This document shows positions 24,907-27,889 of a DNA stretch of 27,889 nt, in pieces; the first letter of the stretch is position 1, and the number at the start of each line of letters is the position of its first letter. The notes beneath the pieces were generated by a model. That model had not been told where the DNA came from. It did not search any database and was given only the letters and a program-made list of their open reading frames with translations. The translations under genes and the position numbers were made by a program. Origin of the DNA: a virus; the IMG/VR virus record IMGVR_UViG_3300002064_000002. One strand, written 5' to 3'.

Positions 24907-27889
24907 TAGTCGCATTCTATTTCAAATAATACACCATAGTGTTTCAATACATCTCTATATTCATCAGGAGTCAGAGTTTTAATGAATTCTGATATTCCCT
25001 TGGATCTTTTACTATTGAGGATCTTGATATCCTTCTTGGTGAATTTTAGAGCATCAGTTACATCAGATGGACTGAACTGATCATCTTCTCCTAGATCAAG
25101 TTCTCCTGTTCCATCTTTATACAGTCCGGGTGGAAGTAATGCAATATCTATTTCTCTGAATTCTCTTATACTCGGTACACTGGCTCTTCTCCCTTCCTTT
25201 CCCTTATTAGCATAAAGAGCTCCGTTATTATTTACTTGTAGTCTTTCATTTGTAATAATATCCTCTCCAGTAGACTTATCTTTCTTTATTTCAAAAGTAA
25301 GATATGATCCTCTATGCGGACTCTTTCCATCTGACCCTAAACCTAGTTCTCTAAGTAGAAAGAATTTGTTCTTGCTATTTTTAGCTACCCATATTTTACC
25401 AGGAGCAGCCTTATTTCTGAACATGAGATTACCTCCTCTGCCTGAAGTACCTTTACTTGGAATAGCCTTTCCACTTATATTAAGATCTGGATAGTTATCA
25501 AATGGATTAGCTAGATCTTTTAGTTTTAATTCAGTAAACCTTGGTTTTTTCTTACCCTGTGCTCTGAATTCGCTTAAGGATATCTTGATCTTCTTTCCAC
25601 TGCCATCTACCAGATCCTGTCTTTTTCCTATTGTTCTAGAAAGTATAGCCAGAGTAACAAATCCTTCAGTAAGTGTCTGAGTACCGTCCTCATTATTGAT
25701 AAGCGTATCTGGACTTACACCAGTTACTTGATATATAGAAGTATGATCATCTCTATCACGAAGTAAGATATGAGGTTTTACTCTGTTATCTTCTTGAACA
25801 ATAGTCTCATCCCTGTTCATGCCTATTTGCCACTCATTTTCTATACTGTTGAGTTCATTTACAAGCTTGTTAACAGTTTTACTATATAGGTTCTTACTAC
25901 CTCTTTCCTCAAATAGTTCTTCAATACTATTAAACTCAAAATCCTTATCAGCACTTTCATCATCCGGCATCCTAGTTCTTGTGATGAGATCTTTATACTC
26001 TTCTTGTGGAATAGTTCTCCACATTACTACAAGTTCATTTTTACTAGTTACTTGATTAAATTTAGTGGTTAGAAACTGTACTCTATGAGCAAAGTTACCA
26101 CTATGAATTATAGTACCTTGTCCGAATACTTTACCTCCCACCTGTACAGTATCAAAATACTTATTTCTATGCTTACCTTTTTTCTTGTTCTTCTTATTAT
26201 TCTCTATGTACTTTATGATATCCTTTGGAGTATTGGTGGACCTTCCTCTATTACTCACTTTTCTTTCTATATTCCTCTGTATAGCTGTTACTGCATTTAT
26301 CTTTTTACTATGAAATTCTACTTCAGCATCTGTAGGAGTAGTGTACCCTTCTGCCACATATGACTTTATCATAGTACCGTCTACTTCTACATCTTCTCCA
26401 TATAATAAATAAGTCAAATCTTCAAGTTCACCACTATCCAATACCTTTTGTACATAGAATCCTCTTACCTTTCCATTCTCATCTCTTTCAGTAAAATTGT
26501 AGAATCTCCGGTAAATATCTCCATCTTTCATTATAAAGTTGGCCTTTATCACTCTGTACGGATCATCCTTTGGAGCAGATACCTGGCTCTTAGCCATCTC
26601 TGTCCAGTCATCATACGACTTATCTTCTCTTGCACTTTCTTCTTCCAGCTGTTTAAGAAGATCATCTTTAGACTTTTTGGTCGTACCGAATCTTGCTTTT
26701 CTTACGGATTCAATAGTCACCTTGGCACTAGGCTGACGTAAAGTCATTCCTTTTAACCTAAGAACTCTATTACCATTATCATCTACGTCCTTATCCTTGA
26801 AGTTAAAAGATGCCCTTCTGTTGGTAGCTGTATTGATTATAAGAGTAGACTTATCATTAGCCTGTGTCACTATATCTTTCTCTTTTGCTTTTCTGTCAGT
26901 GAAAGCTGTTTCTATCTGCCCTATTCTTATAAGGGAAGGGTCACTCTTTACTTGTCCCTTACCTCTCTTAGTTAAAAAATATACCTTACCTGCTCTATAA
27001 CCTACCTTTACTCCTGCACTTTCTGCAGCCCATTTGTAGAACAGGGTCTGATTATCAAGTTTTCTGATATCAGAGGTCTTGGAATTACCAAAGGCTTCTT
27101 TGGACATGAAGAAGGGATACTTGTCAATACTATGAACTATCATCTCCTTTGTCTTCAGATCCTGTATATTGATAAGTCCCACTTCAGGATTAGCTACAAC
27201 TCTAGTCTGTAACTCTCCTGTACTATTATCAGAGATTATCTTATACTTGTAACCAGTAGTCAATTCATCAGGTGTACCAGTAGCTACTATCTTAGTCTTA
27301 CCATTAGCATCCGGTCTTTCATAACTGAGCACTATTTCTCCTCCTTTAGAATTCTGGTTAAAAGGAATCTCTCCTCTATAGATATACTCTTCCAGATCTT
27401 TTTGTAGAAGTTCTAGTAATTGACCTTTTACTTTAGTCATTTGCTTTACTTTCACTTCTTTCCCATCAATAGTTTTTGTAACGAGGTTCTCATCACCATC
27501 TATGATATCAAATTCACCATTCTTGGTACTGATAGTGTGGTTGGTCAGACTGAATCCTCTGGTTACTTTTCTTATCAATTCATCCTTGGCCTTATCTCTT
27601 ACTTTTGCATCATTCTTATCATACAGTCTAGCAAGCATTTCAGGATCTGACATTAGCTTTCCTGCATTGTGCATGAAGTCTCTTCTAGCTTCATCCACTA
27701 ACTTACCCATCAATGTCTTAGTATAAACGTTCAATAATCCATAATCTCCTTTGGTTGGATCTTCATTCTTACTATTGAACTTACTCTTTACTTCTTTTAC
27801 TACTCTTTCAGCTTCTTTGGTATTATCTTTAACTTCTTCAGGTACAGGTTCATTAATACTTTCATATAACTCCTCTGCTTGTGATCTTT
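24906..27889 (-). CDS. Partial giant virion/ejection protein with a PD-(D/E)xK nuclease-like domain; start lies beyond the right edge
   Basis: The frame is open from 27887 (RSQAEELYESINEPVPEEV...), so the TTG at 27734 is not the true start and the protein is >=993 aa. Motifs: GKLVDEARRDF, E, GTPDEL, IQDLKT, QTLFY. The only visible Cys is in the terminal IECD. Confidence 0.8.
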   Translation of the reverse strand, partial: RSQAEELYESINEPVPEEVKDNTKEAERVVKEVKSKFNSKNEDPTKGDYGLLNVYTKTLMGKLVDEARRDFMHNAGKLMSDPEMLARLYDKNDAKVRDKAKDELIRKVTRGFSLTNHTISTKNGEFDIIDGDENLVTKTIDGKEVKVKQMTKVKGQLLELLQKDLEEYIYRGEIPFNQNSKGGEIVLSYERPDANGKTKIVATGTPDELTTGYKYKIISDNSTGELQTRVVANPEVGLINIQDLKTKEMIVHSIDKYPFFMSKEAFGNSKTSDIRKLDNQTLFYKWAAESAGVKVGYRAGKVYFLTKRGKGQVKSDPSLIRIGQIETAFTDRKAKEKDIVTQANDKSTLIINTATNRRASFNFKDKDVDDNGNRVLRLKGMTLRQPSAKVTIESVRKARFGTTKKSKDDLLKQLEEESAREDKSYDDWTEMAKSQVSAPKDDPYRVIKANFIMKDGDIYRRFYNFTERDENGKVRGFYVQKVLDSGELEDLTYLLYGEDVEVDGTMIKSYVAEGYTTPTDAEVEFHSKKINAVTAIQRNIERKVSNRGRSTNTPKDIIKYIENNKKNKKKGKHRNKYFDTVQVGGKVFGQGTIIHSGNFAHRVQFLTTKFNQVTSKNELVVMWRTIPQEEYKDLITRTRMPDDESADKDFEFNSIEELFEERGSKNLYSKTVNKLVNELNSIENEWQIGMNRDETIVQEDNRVKPHILLRDRDDHTSIYQVTGVSPDTLINNEDGTQTLTEGFVTLAILSRTIGKRQDLVDGSGKKIKISLSEFRAQGKKKPRFTELKLKDLANPFDNYPDLNISGKAIPSKGTSGRGGNLMFRNKAAPGKIWVAKNSKNKFFLLRELGLGSDGKSPHRGSYLTFEIKKDKSTGEDIITNERLQVNNNGALYANKGKEGRRASVPSIREFREIDIALLPPGLYKDGTGELDLGEDDQFSPSDVTDALKFTKKDIKILNSKRSKGISEFIKTLTPDEYRDVLKHYGVLFEIECD

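Larger units (their letters stand above)
1..27889 (-). other. Segment of a crAss-like / Bacteroidota phage genome: virion RNAP and ejection-protein operon followed by a tail module
   Basis: All credible genes are on the minus strand with TAATG/ATGA overlaps or very short spacers. There is a giant single-chain RNAP with crAss-type motifs next to other giant proteins and tail-spike-like genes. No Shine-Dalgarno motifs are evident before the starts I inspected, and no cellular housekeeping genes are present. Confidence 0.85.

Noticed and set aside
24508-24915. Functional cis-splicing intein joining the upstream protein to the RNAP
   Set aside because: It is out of frame with both neighbours and lacks Cys1, TxxH and the +1 C/S/T residue.
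2315-27726. All plus-strand ORFs in the track (60-182 aa)
   Set aside because: They are antisense shadows of long minus-strand genes, with S/L/F/I-rich composition and no recognisable motifs.
27732-27734. TTG start assigned to the 942-aa ORF
   Set aside because: The frame stays open to the window edge, so the real start is outside the window.
1-27889. Stop-codon reassignment (TAG/TGA recoding known in some crAss-like phages)
   Set aside because: Multi-kilobase ORFs are intact in the standard code, TGA and TAG each end a gene, and the two breaks involve frameshifts or TAA.
1-27889. tRNA, rRNA or intrinsic terminators
   Set aside because: Intergenic gaps are under 80 bp and AT-rich, and I saw no cloverleaf or GC-rich hairpin followed by a U-tract.

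Overview
AT-rich, tightly packed, minus-strand-only segment of a bacteriophage genome. It is most consistent with a crAss-like (Crassvirales-related) Bacteroidota phage read in the standard genetic code. In transcription order (right to left) there are two blocks. (1) A translationally coupled operon of giant, probably virion-packaged and ejected proteins: a partial >=993-aa protein with a PD-(D/E)xK nuclease-like domain; a small stand-alone degenerate Hint/intein-like ORF; a 3274-aa double-psi-beta-barrel RNA polymerase (RIPTQ and DFDFD motifs, plus a zincin-like domain); an 802-aa protein with a split ART-PolyVal-like domain; and an 1851-aa protein with C-terminal hydrophobic helices. (2) After a promoter-like gap, a cysteine-rich tail/receptor-binding module containing two reading-frame breaks. 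The most striking unexplained signal: in about 6,900 residues of the four giant proteins I count only six cysteines, all within four residues of a terminus, arranged exactly as needed to link the proteins head-to-tail in gene order. The orphan Hint-like gene sits at one of these junctions. All family assignments are from motif recognition by eye, not database searches.
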